Shown here: positions 38,286-48,241 of the stretch, one piece after another
Layout of the letters: each line of letters starts with the position of its first letter
Numbering within the stretch: the first letter of the stretch is position 1
Origin: Caldisericia bacterium
GTDB taxonomy: Bacteria; Caldisericota; Caldisericia; JAAYUI01
Assembly (NCBI GenBank): GCA_963674785.1
Contig: OY771555.1
Coordinates: forward strand, 1,984,001 to 2,048,000
Direction: 5' to 3'
Length of the DNA: 64,000 nucleotides
Notes under the pieces: generated by a model
Seen by the model: only the letters and a program-made list of their open reading frames with translations
Told to the model about the DNA's origin: nothing
The model's database searches: none
Made by a program: the position numbers and the translations under genes

Positions 38286-39151
38286 TTAATTTCTACTTAC
38301 CAGGAATGTTTTCACAGCTCGGGGAAACTGGAAAATATCCTGGAGTTTCAATAACAGGAAGCCACTGTGATCTGAATTGTGATCACTGTGGAGCAAAAAT
38401 TCTGCTTACTATGCCTAACTGCGATACCCCCGAAAAACTTACGGAATACGCATTAAACGCAGAAAAAAAAGGTGCTCTAGGTATTCTTGTTTCAGGCGGT
38501 TCCAGATCAACAGGAGAATTACCTTGGGAAGCATTCTCAGATACTCTTAGACAAATCAAAAAGAGAACAAACCTGTTTTTATCTGTCCATTGTGGCTTTC
38601 CAAATAAAAAACAGATGAAATTACTCGAAGAAGCTCGGATTGATCAGGCTTTAATTGATGTAATTGGCGATAATGAGATTGCGAGAAAGGTTTATCATCT
38701 TCCTCCTGGATACGCAAATGCTGCTGTCGAGGCAGCATTTTCTACATCTGTCGAAGTTGTTCCACATATATTAGTTGGTTTAAATTTTGGAAAGTTTTCA
38801 AATGAAGAGAAAGCGATTGATACGCTCAGAGAATTCCACCCAAAAAAAGTTGTCATAATAGCACTGAGACCAACAAAGGGAACACCAATGGAAAAAGTTA
38901 CTCCTCCATCTCCGGAAAGAGTTACCGAAGTAATCAAATATGCAAAAAATGTATTGCCTGAGTCAATAATAAACCTTGGGTGTGCAAGACCCGTTGGTTA
39001 TCACAAAAGAGAACTTGATAAGCTCGCACTTCTTGCAGGGATAGATGGAATTGCAGTTCCTGCTCTGGGGACATATGAATGGGCAGCCGCAAATGGTTTT
39101 GAAATAAAAAAATATCCTACCTGTTGCTCAATGAATAATCCAGATAGCTAA
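38273..39151 (+). CDS. Radical SAM protein, LipS1-like (biotin-synthase-related) lipoyl synthase component
   Basis: CDLNCDHC (CxxxCxxC), GCAR and terminal CC motifs. Confidence 0.75.
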   Translation: MGRVVNFYLPGMFSQLGETGKYPGVSITGSHCDLNCDHCGAKILLTMPNCDTPEKLTEYALNAEKKGALGILVSGGSRSTGELPWEAFSDTLRQIKKRTNLFLSVHCGFPNKKQMKLLEEARIDQALIDVIGDNEIARKVYHLPPGYANAAVEAAFSTSVEVVPHILVGLNFGKFSNEEKAIDTLREFHPKKVVIIALRPTKGTPMEKVTPPSPERVTEVIKYAKNVLPESIINLGCARPVGYHKRELDKLALLAGIDGIAVPALGTYEWAAANGFEIKKYPTCCSMNNPDS

Positions 39152-39227
39152 ATCTATATAGGACTTCCCATCGAGTATGAGATAATTAGATTATGCTGGT
39201 ACTTTTCTAGCAGGGAATCAGTATGGT

Positions 39228-39620
39228 CTAGCCGATCTCCTGTTCACAATCTGTATTGAATACTTCCTTTAATGTAGGAATTTTTACAAATACATAAAGC
39301 TTTGCGGCAACAACAATAAAAATGATTATTCGTATCAACAAGTTATCGAAGATGAAGAAGTTTATCACCAATAATAAACTTACCGGGATAAGTATCCCCA
39401 ACTTGTGTCTTAATGTCATTCCTTTTCTTTTCAAATACGGAAGCAGATATCTTTTATATATTTTTGTCTGCTCAAACCATTTGCTATCTGAGCTCTTCGA
39501 AAAACAAACACAAGCGATAAGCAAAAATGGGACTGTCGGCAAAATTGGTAAAACGATACCAATACCCCCTATCCCAACTGCGAGAATGCCCAGAGTAAAA
39601 AATAAAGCCTTTTTCATCAT
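39228..39620 (-). CDS. YbaN/DUF454 family membrane protein
   Basis: GGIGIVLPILPTVPFLLIA..F.KSS. Confidence 0.88.
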   Translation of the reverse strand: MMKKALFFTLGILAVGIGGIGIVLPILPTVPFLLIACVCFSKSSDSKWFEQTKIYKRYLLPYLKRKGMTLRHKLGILIPVSLLLVINFFIFDNLLIRIIIFIVVAAKLYVFVKIPTLKEVFNTDCEQEIG

Positions 39621-39701
39621 TTTTACTCCAATACCTCTGATGTCATCCTTTCATTGTGTGTATTTGGAACTGCACTGCAAGTAGATGACCGATAAACCAT
39701 T

Positions 39702-40349
39702 TTACCTGTTGCTTCGAAGCAATTCATTGATCGGACATTCTTCGCACAAAGGATTTGATTTTTTACAAAACTCTTTTCCAAGTTTCACAATTAAAGCATG
39801 ATACTCGTTATAAAGTTGATTATCTCCATTCAGCTCATCCATAAAGATTTTTTGGATTCCGTGGTAATCCTCTGCTTCAGATAATCCAATACATCTGGCG
39901 AGTCTTTTGGTGTAAGCATCCACAACAAAAATCTTGTGACCACCAGCATAACAAAGGATTGAATCAGCAGTCTCTGCTCCAATACCCTTTATTGATAAGA
40001 GCTCATCACGAACAGCATATGTTTCATGATCAAGCATTTTTTCAATTGATCCATAATTTTCCAACACATGGTTTGCAAGTCGAAGCAGTTTTTCAGCTTT
40101 TCTGTTGAAATATCCTGAAGACCTAATACACATCTTTAATAAATCGATGTCAGCAAGAATCATTTCTTCAATATCTAAAATATCATTTTCTTTTAGATTA
40201 TTGATTGCTTTTTCTACATTTTTCCAGGAAACCTGTTGAGTCAGGATTGCACCCACAGCAATCTCCCAAGGTGAATCACCTGGCCACCAATATTGTGGAC
40301 CAAAACTCTCAAACAATTCTCGATATATAATCTCTAACAATTTCATCAC
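39702..40349 (-). CDS. Endonuclease III-like HhH-GPD protein
   Basis: GPQYWWP, GAILTQ, GIGAETAD, VVDAY, C..C..CP Fe-S tail. Confidence 0.9.
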   Translation of the reverse strand: MMKLLEIIYRELFESFGPQYWWPGDSPWEIAVGAILTQQVSWKNVEKAINNLKENDILDIEEMILADIDLLKMCIRSSGYFNRKAEKLLRLANHVLENYGSIEKMLDHETYAVRDELLSIKGIGAETADSILCYAGGHKIFVVDAYTKRLARCIGLSEAEDYHGIQKIFMDELNGDNQLYNEYHALIVKLGKEFCKKSNPLCEECPINELLRSNR

Positions 40350-40366
40350 TTAATAATCGATTATAT

Positions 40367-40398
40367 AAAAAAAGGGGCTGAAAGAAATTCAGCCCCTT
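40367..40398 (-). terminator. Intrinsic terminator after aldehyde dehydrogenase
   Basis: Minus strand AAGGGGCTGAA..TTCAGCCCC then T-run. Confidence 0.8.
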
Positions 40399-40417
40399 GA
40401 AACTCAAAATTCTAATC

Positions 40418-41902
40418 CTATTTATTATCAATCTGTGCTTTCTGGACGCTTCCTGAGAAATCGATTGTAACAACTTTCCATTCTGAGAATGCATCAATTA
40501 CCTGGACTCCACCTTCACGGTGACCATTACCAGTTCCTTTTACTCCACCAAATGGTGATGAAACCTCTGCACCAATTGTTCCGGCATTGATATAGAAGAG
40601 ACCATTTTTGATGTCACGTGCAGCAACCATTGCTTTGTTAATATCTGCAGTAATAATAGCGGCTGACAAACCAAAGATTGTGTCATTGTTGACTTCAATT
40701 GCCTCTTCAAGTGTGTCAACTGGAATGATTGCAACAACCGGTCCAAAGATTTCTTCTTTGGTGATTCTCATGCCATGCTTGCAATCGGTAAAGATTGTTG
40801 GTTTGTAGAATGACCCTTTTGCAAGTTCGCCCTCTGTTGCGGGTTCACCACCAAGAAGAAGCTTTGCACCTTCTGCCTTTCCAATCTCAACATAATCATG
40901 AATCTTTTTTCTAGAACCCATGTTGATGACCGGGCCGACTTCGGACTTGAGACCATGACCAAGTTTAAGCTTTGATGCGGCGTCTACAAATTTCTTTTCA
41001 AACTCTTCTTTGACACCCTTTTGAATGATGATTCTTGAACAAGCCGTACATCTCTGTCCGGTTGTTCCGAAACATGACCAAATTGCAGAGTCAACTGCAA
41101 GATCAATGTCACCATCATCGAGAATGATCATTGCATTTTTTCCGCCCATTTCGAGTGAGCACTGCTTGAGAGTCTCACCGCACTTAGATGCGATTCTTGT
41201 TCCAATATCGGTTGAGCCTGTAAAGCTGACCATTGCGATATCTTCGTGTGAGAGGATTGCTTCACCAACTTCACCACCACCACCAAGGACAAGGTTTATG
41301 ACGCCAGGATAATCTTTGAGACCTGCATCATAAAGAGCTTTAAAAAATTCTACCATGCAATATGGAGTGTCTGTTGCAGGTTTTGCAACAACAGTGTTTC
41401 CACAAACAAGGGCTGGAGCAATCTTCCATGATGGGATAGCGATTGGGAAGTTCCATGGAGTAATAATTCCACAAACACCAAGAGGGTCTCTTACAACATA
41501 GATGGTCTTATTTGGCATCTCTGAAGGCATTGTTTCACCCTTGAGACGTCTTCCCTCACCACCAATAAGATAACACATGTCGATGGCTTCCTGAACATCA
41601 CCACGAGCCTCAGCAATAACTTTGCCCATCTCACGTGTCATGATGGTTGCGATTTTTTCTTTTCTCTCTTCAAGAATCTGGGCAGTCTTAATGAGAATAT
41701 CTCCTCTTGCTGGCGCTGGAAGTGCTTTCCATTTTTTGAAAGCTTCCTTTGCAGCGGCAACTGCTTCGTTAACATCATTCTTTGTTGAAAGTGTTGCGGT
41801 TGCAATGAGTTCTCCGTTTGCAGGATCACAGTTCTCAAAAGTCTTTCCCGAAGGTGAATCTTTCCAAACACCGTTAATCAAATTCTGTAAATGATCAGCC
41901 AT
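40418..41902 (-). CDS. NAD(P)-dependent aldehyde dehydrogenase
   Basis: PWNFP, FTGST, LEMGGKN, GQRCT, EEIFGP. Confidence 0.95.
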   Translation of the reverse strand: MADHLQNLINGVWKDSPSGKTFENCDPANGELIATATLSTKNDVNEAVAAAKEAFKKWKALPAPARGDILIKTAQILEERKEKIATIMTREMGKVIAEARGDVQEAIDMCYLIGGEGRRLKGETMPSEMPNKTIYVVRDPLGVCGIITPWNFPIAIPSWKIAPALVCGNTVVAKPATDTPYCMVEFFKALYDAGLKDYPGVINLVLGGGGEVGEAILSHEDIAMVSFTGSTDIGTRIASKCGETLKQCSLEMGGKNAMIILDDGDIDLAVDSAIWSCFGTTGQRCTACSRIIIQKGVKEEFEKKFVDAASKLKLGHGLKSEVGPVINMGSRKKIHDYVEIGKAEGAKLLLGGEPATEGELAKGSFYKPTIFTDCKHGMRITKEEIFGPVVAIIPVDTLEEAIEVNNDTIFGLSAAIITADINKAMVAARDIKNGLFYINAGTIGAEVSSPFGGVKGTGNGHREGGVQVIDAFSEWKVVTIDFSGSVQKAQIDNK

Positions 41903-41914
41903 CTCACACTCCTC

Positions 41915-42601
41915 CTATCGAGTTTTATACTCAAAAGAGCTGATAATCTTATTGAAAAGCTCTTTTTCATAACTTCCAATATTTTCAGAAACTACAGCAA
42001 TTCCATAGAAAGACGCTATCGCCATATCTGCCATTGGTTGTCTGTCTCCGTACATCACATACATAAGTGATTCAATATCACTTTTCGCTGCATCCTTGTT
42101 TAGAAAGACACTGCAAGCATCATAAACAGTGTCACCGGATTGCACAGTGTGTTTCTGATAATCATCGATTGTGCCTTCATAGAAGGTTACTCTGGGGTTA
42201 TCAGTTCCATTGAAATAATATCTGGTTGTGGTTCCCTTCATAAAGATGACAAGTGTTCTTTTTCCAAGCTCCAGACCTTCAACATATCTGTAATCAACAG
42301 TTGAGAGTGGTTCAAGAAGGTCATCAAACTTCTGATCCTTTGGATAAAAAACCACCTCAACACCAGCTCTTACCAAGTCTCTTGGTGGGTCTCTGAAGAG
42401 CATATCTTGGCTTTCCCAATCTTTTGGAATAAGAAAACTAATCCGATCATTTTCATACCTGACCATGTTTTCATCACTAATAACAGAGGTATCTCCATTA
42501 TCATCAGAATTGCTCCCGTTTCCACCACAAGAAACCACCGCGAACAACATACACAAAACAATTGTTGTCGTTATTATCTTCTTCATTAAATCATCCTTCA
42601 T
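41915..42601 (-). CDS. Hypothetical lipoprotein
   Basis: MKKIITT..FAVVSC lipobox. Confidence 0.7.
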   Translation of the reverse strand: MKDDLMKKIITTTIVLCMLFAVVSCGGNGSNSDDNGDTSVISDENMVRYENDRISFLIPKDWESQDMLFRDPPRDLVRAGVEVVFYPKDQKFDDLLEPLSTVDYRYVEGLELGKRTLVIFMKGTTTRYYFNGTDNPRVTFYEGTIDDYQKHTVQSGDTVYDACSVFLNKDAAKSDIESLMYVMYGDRQPMADMAIASFYGIAVVSENIGSYEKELFNKIISSFEYKTR

Positions 42602-43704
42602 TTGATTACTCTACTAATGAGCTGCCAAATATCCTTAGTTTTTATCTTTCTGTTTGTTCCCAGTTTCTTTTCATTTCGTGAAACTGTCAAGCTTGCTCTG
42701 AATAATGTTGCCTCACATGTCGGGCAGATTGTTGAAACAAATGCTGCACCGGTATCAAGAGCTGACTTTAGTCTGCGTTCTGCGATCTCTTTTACAGCAT
42801 CTTGAGAATGAGCCTGAAGTCCACCACCACCACCGCAACACTGTGAAAACTCACGATTCAATCTCATCTCTTTAATCTTGTACCCAAGTTTTTCGATTAT
42901 CTCTCTTGGTTTATCGTATTCGTTCATTCCTCGACCCAAGTGACATGGATCATGGAATGTCACCTCTTCACCAGTTGGTTCAATATTGAGTTTATCGAGA
43001 TTCTGAAGAATAATTTCAGTTGCGAAAACAACATTCTTCATCCCAAAAATGTCATTTAACGTTGCATAACAAGTTGGGCAAATCGTAATGATTTTTTTAT
43101 TCAGATATGGAGCGTAGACCTCCATAAATTTTTCTTTTGATTTCGCAAAGGCATCTTGATATCCGGTATGATAAAGTGCGTTTCCACAACATGATTCCTC
43201 ATCAATAATTGGATTTATTCCCATTTTACCGAGTATTTCCAGAATCAGATCTACATCATTTGCACGGTCTCGATACGCACAACCGAGATAAAGAACATAT
43301 TCCGAATCGGACTCATTCTTTCTCTGTCTACCAGAGCCAAGCGGATCACCAATTTCAACAATATTTTTTGCTACTGTGTCATTACCTTCGATTGTAAAGC
43401 CAGCTTCAACCAATTCATTTCTTAGAGCCTTGAAAACGCCATTTGTATCCAAAGCACATTTAGCCTGGCAATATCCACAAAGTGTGCACTGCGAAACAGA
43501 ATCAGCAAGGTCTTGCGAAAGCTCGAGTTCACCCTCGAGAAGTCCTTTTGCCTGAAGCATCTTTCCTCGGGATGCAAAACACTCAAGAAGTCCGACATTG
43601 TATGTTGGACATTCCTGAATACAAAACCCACATCGAGTTCTCACACATGTATAAATATCATCCCTTAATTCTTCCAGGTGTTTGAATTTACTCACTTTAT
43701 CCAC
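42598..43704 (-). CDS. (Fe-S)-binding protein, GlcF/HdrD-like with CCG domains
   Basis: CVRTRCGFC..CP, CTLCGYC..C, SCCG, HDPCHLGR, CCGGGGG. Confidence 0.9.
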   Translation of the reverse strand: MDKVSKFKHLEELRDDIYTCVRTRCGFCIQECPTYNVGLLECFASRGKMLQAKGLLEGELELSQDLADSVSQCTLCGYCQAKCALDTNGVFKALRNELVEAGFTIEGNDTVAKNIVEIGDPLGSGRQRKNESDSEYVLYLGCAYRDRANDVDLILEILGKMGINPIIDEESCCGNALYHTGYQDAFAKSKEKFMEVYAPYLNKKIITICPTCYATLNDIFGMKNVVFATEIILQNLDKLNIEPTGEEVTFHDPCHLGRGMNEYDKPREIIEKLGYKIKEMRLNREFSQCCGGGGGLQAHSQDAVKEIAERRLKSALDTGAAFVSTICPTCEATLFRASLTVSRNEKKLGTNRKIKTKDIWQLISRVIK

Positions 43705-45149
43705 CTGCTTTCAAATTTTTTGCCAGGATTCATTATGTTTTTTGGATCAAACATCTCTTTGACTTTTTTGATGTATTCGTAACTTGCACCATGCTCAAGT
43801 TTATTGAACCCCCCGAGTCTATCACCATCACCGATATAGGTACTCATTGTTCCTTCAAGCTCAATTGCTGATTCTGACATCTCTTTTACAAACTTGAAGA
43901 AATTTTCAACATTTTCCGAGTCTTTATCATCAACAAAAATTGCAAATGAAATTGACGGTGAAAGCTTCTGTGGACACTCATTGTAAACAGTCATCCCAAG
44001 TATCTGTTGATTATATTTCTCAGAAAGCTCGACAAATTTATCATGTATTGCAGGAACATTGCCGATCGGAACACCAGGGTCTGCTGCACCAAATTTACGT
44101 TCGCGCTGTGAATCAGGCCACTTTTGTTTGAATGGCTCAAATTGAAGCGTATGCTTACTCGCCCAGTATCCTGTTACAATTTCATCTTCTTCGACTTCGC
44201 CACCAATATCTTTAAACTTCTCTCGTATCTTTTTTACACTGAAGTCAACAACATCGCGATCACCTGCGACAGAAACAAAAAGAATTGCATCAGCCCATTC
44301 AGGGACATTTGGCTCTTTATTGTATTTTACACGGTAAGAATGTGTATAGAAATGGAGTCTCTGTCTGTTATTGATGTGTAGTGATTCAAGTTGAACACCT
44401 GCAGTAAGCAGTTCCTCACAAGCATAACATGCACCGCCAATTGAACGCATGTAAAAACCAAGTATTTCACGTTCTTTTGGGAGGTAATTAACTCTTAGTG
44501 TTGCTTCAGTTACCACTCCAAGTGTTCCTTCAGATGCAACAAAAAGATGCATGAGATTGTAGCCAGTTGATGACATAAGGGCTTTTCTGTGACCAAACTC
44601 AATTGCATCGCCATTTCCAATAACGGCTTTAAGTGAGGTCATCGCTTCGAGGATTTTTCCATATTTCATTCCAAATGTGGAGTCATTATCACAATTGATT
44701 GCAGCACCAACTGTTGATGCCTGTTTTGATTCAGGCTGATGTGGAAGCCACATGTTATGCTTTGCCAAGAATTCATTGAGATGCCAGATTGTCATTCCAG
44801 CCTGAACCCTTACAGACATATTCTTCTCATCAAATTCAAGAATTTGATTCATTCCCTTGGTATCTATCATGATGCCACCCTTCCAGGCACACGCACCACC
44901 ACCCATACCGGTTCCACCTGCGAAGGATGTTACAGGAATACCAAGTTCATATGCAATCTTTACGACTGCACTACACTCTTCTGTTGTTCTTGGAACCACA
45001 ACCATATCCGGGACGTCGTTATCTGTACTGTGTCTCGGACTCCAGTCTCTAGAATAGCTCATCGTATGAACTTTTGAGATTGAAACTCTATCACCGAGAA
45101 TCGGTTTTAGCTTTTCATATGCTTCTTGGATTATTTTGCTATCGATCAT
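43692..45149 (-). CDS. FAD-binding oxidoreductase (GlcD/VAO family)
   Basis: PDMVVVP, GGTGMGGG, SEGTLGVVTEATL, FDPKNIMNPGK. Confidence 0.9.
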   Translation of the reverse strand: MIDSKIIQEAYEKLKPILGDRVSISKVHTMSYSRDWSPRHSTDNDVPDMVVVPRTTEECSAVVKIAYELGIPVTSFAGGTGMGGGACAWKGGIMIDTKGMNQILEFDEKNMSVRVQAGMTIWHLNEFLAKHNMWLPHQPESKQASTVGAAINCDNDSTFGMKYGKILEAMTSLKAVIGNGDAIEFGHRKALMSSTGYNLMHLFVASEGTLGVVTEATLRVNYLPKEREILGFYMRSIGGACYACEELLTAGVQLESLHINNRQRLHFYTHSYRVKYNKEPNVPEWADAILFVSVAGDRDVVDFSVKKIREKFKDIGGEVEEDEIVTGYWASKHTLQFEPFKQKWPDSQRERKFGAADPGVPIGNVPAIHDKFVELSEKYNQQILGMTVYNECPQKLSPSISFAIFVDDKDSENVENFFKFVKEMSESAIELEGTMSTYIGDGDRLGGFNKLEHGASYEYIKKVKEMFDPKNIMNPGKKFESRWIK

Positions 45150-45892
45150 ACATCCTCCTTTTCGAGATTTACAACTGTCTGATTATCTTCATTTGATACC
45201 CTTAATACTCCTGGTATCAAATCAGTTTTTGCACAAAGGGCAATATCTGAGGTTTTTGATAGCGCAGAAAGCCTTTTGCCGCTCTCTGAAACAACCAAAG
45301 CATCCATTGGTTTTGAATAAGTTCCGTGAACCATTTTTGCAATTGTCACACCATCATCAATCTCAAAATCCCTGATTCTTCCGAGTGAAATTATTTTGTG
45401 AATTAATGCTCCTGCGACATAAAGATCATCAACAGCAGCATCTCCTTCAATGCCAGAACAGATAACTGCGACACTTTTGTTTTCACATCTTACTATTTCT
45501 GCAACTTTTTCGGCAGTCGACGAAAGATTTAGCAACGATGCTGCAAATGTAATATCAGCCTTCTGGGCAGTTTCTGTTAAAGCCTTTGTTCCATTTGTTG
45601 TACAGAAAGCTACTTCTCGTTTATCAATCTTTTTGTTCAGAAATTGAGTTGGTGAATTCCCCATATCAAATCCAGGGTATTTTTCTCCCCCACTTTCACC
45701 TGCAACAATAAGCTTGGGGTCATACATCTTTTGCTCTTTTGCTTCCTCATAATCGGTGTACAAGGTAACTTTTTTTGCACCGGAATTGAATATTGCAGAA
45801 AGATTCGAAGTCGCTCTTAAAACATCAACAACAACAGCAACATATCCCTTTAGATTGGGAATCGGTCTTGACAATCGACAAGATATTTTCAT
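45146..45892 (-). CDS. comB: 2-phosphosulfolactate phosphatase family protein
   Basis: VVVDVLRATS, GE..G..FDMGNSP, TTNGT, DDLYVAG. Confidence 0.88.
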   Translation of the reverse strand: MKISCRLSRPIPNLKGYVAVVVDVLRATSNLSAIFNSGAKKVTLYTDYEEAKEQKMYDPKLIVAGESGGEKYPGFDMGNSPTQFLNKKIDKREVAFCTTNGTKALTETAQKADITFAASLLNLSSTAEKVAEIVRCENKSVAVICSGIEGDAAVDDLYVAGALIHKIISLGRIRDFEIDDGVTIAKMVHGTYSKPMDALVVSESGKRLSALSKTSDIALCAKTDLIPGVLRVSNEDNQTVVNLEKEDV

Positions 45893-45898
45893 GAGGTT

Positions 45899-45927
45899 AG
45901 TTTAAAATAGTGGGTTCAATCTTTCAA
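45899..45927 (-). promoter_or_regulatory. Leaderless-type promoter of comB operon
   Basis: TTGAAA-N17-TAAACT, 6 nt before ATG. Confidence 0.6.
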
Positions 45928-45941
45928 GCAAATCGAAATTT

Positions 45942-47210
45942 CTATTTTCCAATCATAATTCTGATATTTGTCCAATATCTAACCCTACTTTTTCCGGAAT
46001 CATCCAATTCACCATTGACCTCAGATGTTGTTCTCCAACTTCTTCCAAAATCATCTGACACATAGTATCTAAATGATGAGGTGTAATCTGACTGTTCAAA
46101 ACGAGGTCTAATGAATCCGTTAAAAAAGGGTGGCAAACCCATAAATGGAGGAATGACAATCTCCCCATCCTCCAAGATTGATTGTCTTTCCAAATCAAGC
46201 TTTGAGGAATCTGGATGACCAATAATCATTACCGATCCATCACCTATTAAATTAGAATCCTTGATATAACTATCCATAAAGATTGCATGATTGACAGGAA
46301 TTATCTTTACCCCACCTCTTAAATATCCATCAATATCTTCTTCAATGAATCCATACCAGCCTGAAGTGGAAAGAATAATTTCACCCGGAGTAACAGAGCA
46401 AACCTGTCCAATTTCTGCATACTCTGAACCAGGAATATTCTCATGAGATTCGAGTTTTTTTAAAACTACTCCGACTTTTTTCCTCTCCTGCCCATCCCAT
46501 CTGACATAGACAGAGCCAGGTTCATCCATAGTCTGACCTCTAATTGTTTCACCCTCTGTCCAATTCTCAAACTCAACATAGGATAACTTTTTTGAAGGTC
46601 TTGTGACATCAATCATAATCAATTTAGGAGCAGTTCTAGTTGATGAAGCAAAATAAGTGTCCAAGGTTTTCCATGTTCCATTTTTCTCCATCGCATAAAC
46701 AGAATTTCCCACATATGGTGACCACTCGTTAAATATAACCTCGCCACCGGGACATCCAACAACAAGATCACCATCGGTGGCGACTTCTTCTTCGGTAAAA
46801 GGTACAATTTTAATTCCTGAGGTTTTCCAGTTCCCTGGTTTTTCTAGGTCATATGATCTATTTGGGCCACATCTAACAATAATTGAGTCTCCTCCACTGT
46901 ATACAACCCCACCTTTGCTACCATTTGATCCACCAATATAATGAGCAGACCAAAGCTCATCAGGGATAGTTAACGCCTTTTCGACCGGAACAACAACCTC
47001 TCCCACAACTCTGCTTTTCCCATCTGTTATTATCTTTATTTCACCATCAACTTCATTCTCAATTAAGACAACAAACATCCGAGACATTGAGACATCAAAC
47101 TCTTCTAAAGAAACAGGTTTTTCGCACTCAATATCAAAAGATGTTGAAATCGAAAACATCGAAATAACAAGGAGAAGGATAGAAAAAATAATGTTCATAA
47201 TAAAAAGCAT
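45942..47210 (-). CDS. Hypothetical exported protein with internal duplication
   Basis: Hydrophobic N-terminus; IEN..G.I..VVG.V and FEN..G.V..VG.V repeats. Confidence 0.7.
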   Translation of the reverse strand: MLFIMNIIFSILLLVISMFSISTSFDIECEKPVSLEEFDVSMSRMFVVLIENEVDGEIKIITDGKSRVVGEVVVPVEKALTIPDELWSAHYIGGSNGSKGGVVYSGGDSIIVRCGPNRSYDLEKPGNWKTSGIKIVPFTEEEVATDGDLVVGCPGGEVIFNEWSPYVGNSVYAMEKNGTWKTLDTYFASSTRTAPKLIMIDVTRPSKKLSYVEFENWTEGETIRGQTMDEPGSVYVRWDGQERKKVGVVLKKLESHENIPGSEYAEIGQVCSVTPGEIILSTSGWYGFIEEDIDGYLRGGVKIIPVNHAIFMDSYIKDSNLIGDGSVMIIGHPDSSKLDLERQSILEDGEIVIPPFMGLPPFFNGFIRPRFEQSDYTSSFRYYVSDDFGRSWRTTSEVNGELDDSGKSRVRYWTNIRIMIGK

Positions 47211-47298
47211 TCTAAACTTTGAATGTTATGAAAACAAGGAAAGAGCTTGACATAACCCCTTATGATAGTAGCATATTAGTGATAGTAGGAGGTAGACA

Positions 47299-48237
47299 AT
47301 GTATGCCATAACGGGAACAATCGAAAATCTCGATCTCGCTGTGATCCTTCAGACAATGAATATCAGCAAGAAAACAGGATGTATGGAAATTAAAAGTGGT
47401 GAAGAAACATCAAGAATTTTCTTTGATGACGGAAACATAATCCATGCTGAAACAAAAACCCTCGACGGCGAAACGGCGTTTTACGATCTCCTCACAATTG
47501 ATAATGGAACATGGGGTTTTATTCCCGAGCTTGAATCCCCCAGAAAAACAATAAAGAGCGAAATCAACAGTTTACTTCTTAACTGGAGCAATCTCATGGA
47601 TGAATGGAACTCTATACGGGACAGACTTCCATCAGATGATGCAATTTTAAGAATTGCAGAAATCCCAGAAGATGAACGTGAACATCTGGTTTTTAATATG
47701 GAAGAATGGGAAGTATTAGATGTGATAAGAAAATACGAACTTACTTCCAAAATCTTTGAGATGAGCCGAGTTGGTAGATTCAAAACCAGTAAGGCGCTTC
47801 TCAAGTTCATCAGCATTGACCTTGTAAAGATTGAAAAACAAGACACTGAGGATGTTGTAAGAACAATTGATTTCTTAAATGATGTTGGTTCAGAGGTGGG
47901 CGAACGAAACTTAGGCACGAATCACTTCAGAAGAATTGTTGATAAATTTGCAGTTGAACTCGGAAAAAAATACAGTTTCATGAACAATCTCAGGCTTGAT
48001 AGTAACCTTAAGCTTGTTGGAATCGACACAAAAGGTATTTTAAACGAAAATATAATCGAGGCACTTTCTGAGTTCCTTTGGAGCATAATAGATTACATCA
48101 ACAGCCTTGTTGGATCACATCTCACATTTGACCACATGAGAAAAGTTATTAATAAGCACTTTGATCCAGGTGACGATCTTATGATCAACCTAGAGCTAGA
48201 TGAGTACCTAAAGTCTGACGGTAGGTCTAGGAGATAA
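47299..48237 (+). CDS. DUF4388 domain protein
   Basis: ITGTIE..L..ILQ..KKTGCMEI..IFFDDGNIIHA..GE.AFY..G.W.F; GGAGG SD. Confidence 0.85.
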   Translation: MYAITGTIENLDLAVILQTMNISKKTGCMEIKSGEETSRIFFDDGNIIHAETKTLDGETAFYDLLTIDNGTWGFIPELESPRKTIKSEINSLLLNWSNLMDEWNSIRDRLPSDDAILRIAEIPEDEREHLVFNMEEWEVLDVIRKYELTSKIFEMSRVGRFKTSKALLKFISIDLVKIEKQDTEDVVRTIDFLNDVGSEVGERNLGTNHFRRIVDKFAVELGKKYSFMNNLRLDSNLKLVGIDTKGILNENIIEALSEFLWSIIDYINSLVGSHLTFDHMRKVINKHFDPGDDLMINLELDEYLKSDGRSRR

Positions 48238-48241
48238 AAAA

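Noticed and set aside
39621-39701. Possible 25-codon ORF between the endonuclease III-like gene and ybaN
   Set aside because: No recognisable motif or supporting signal
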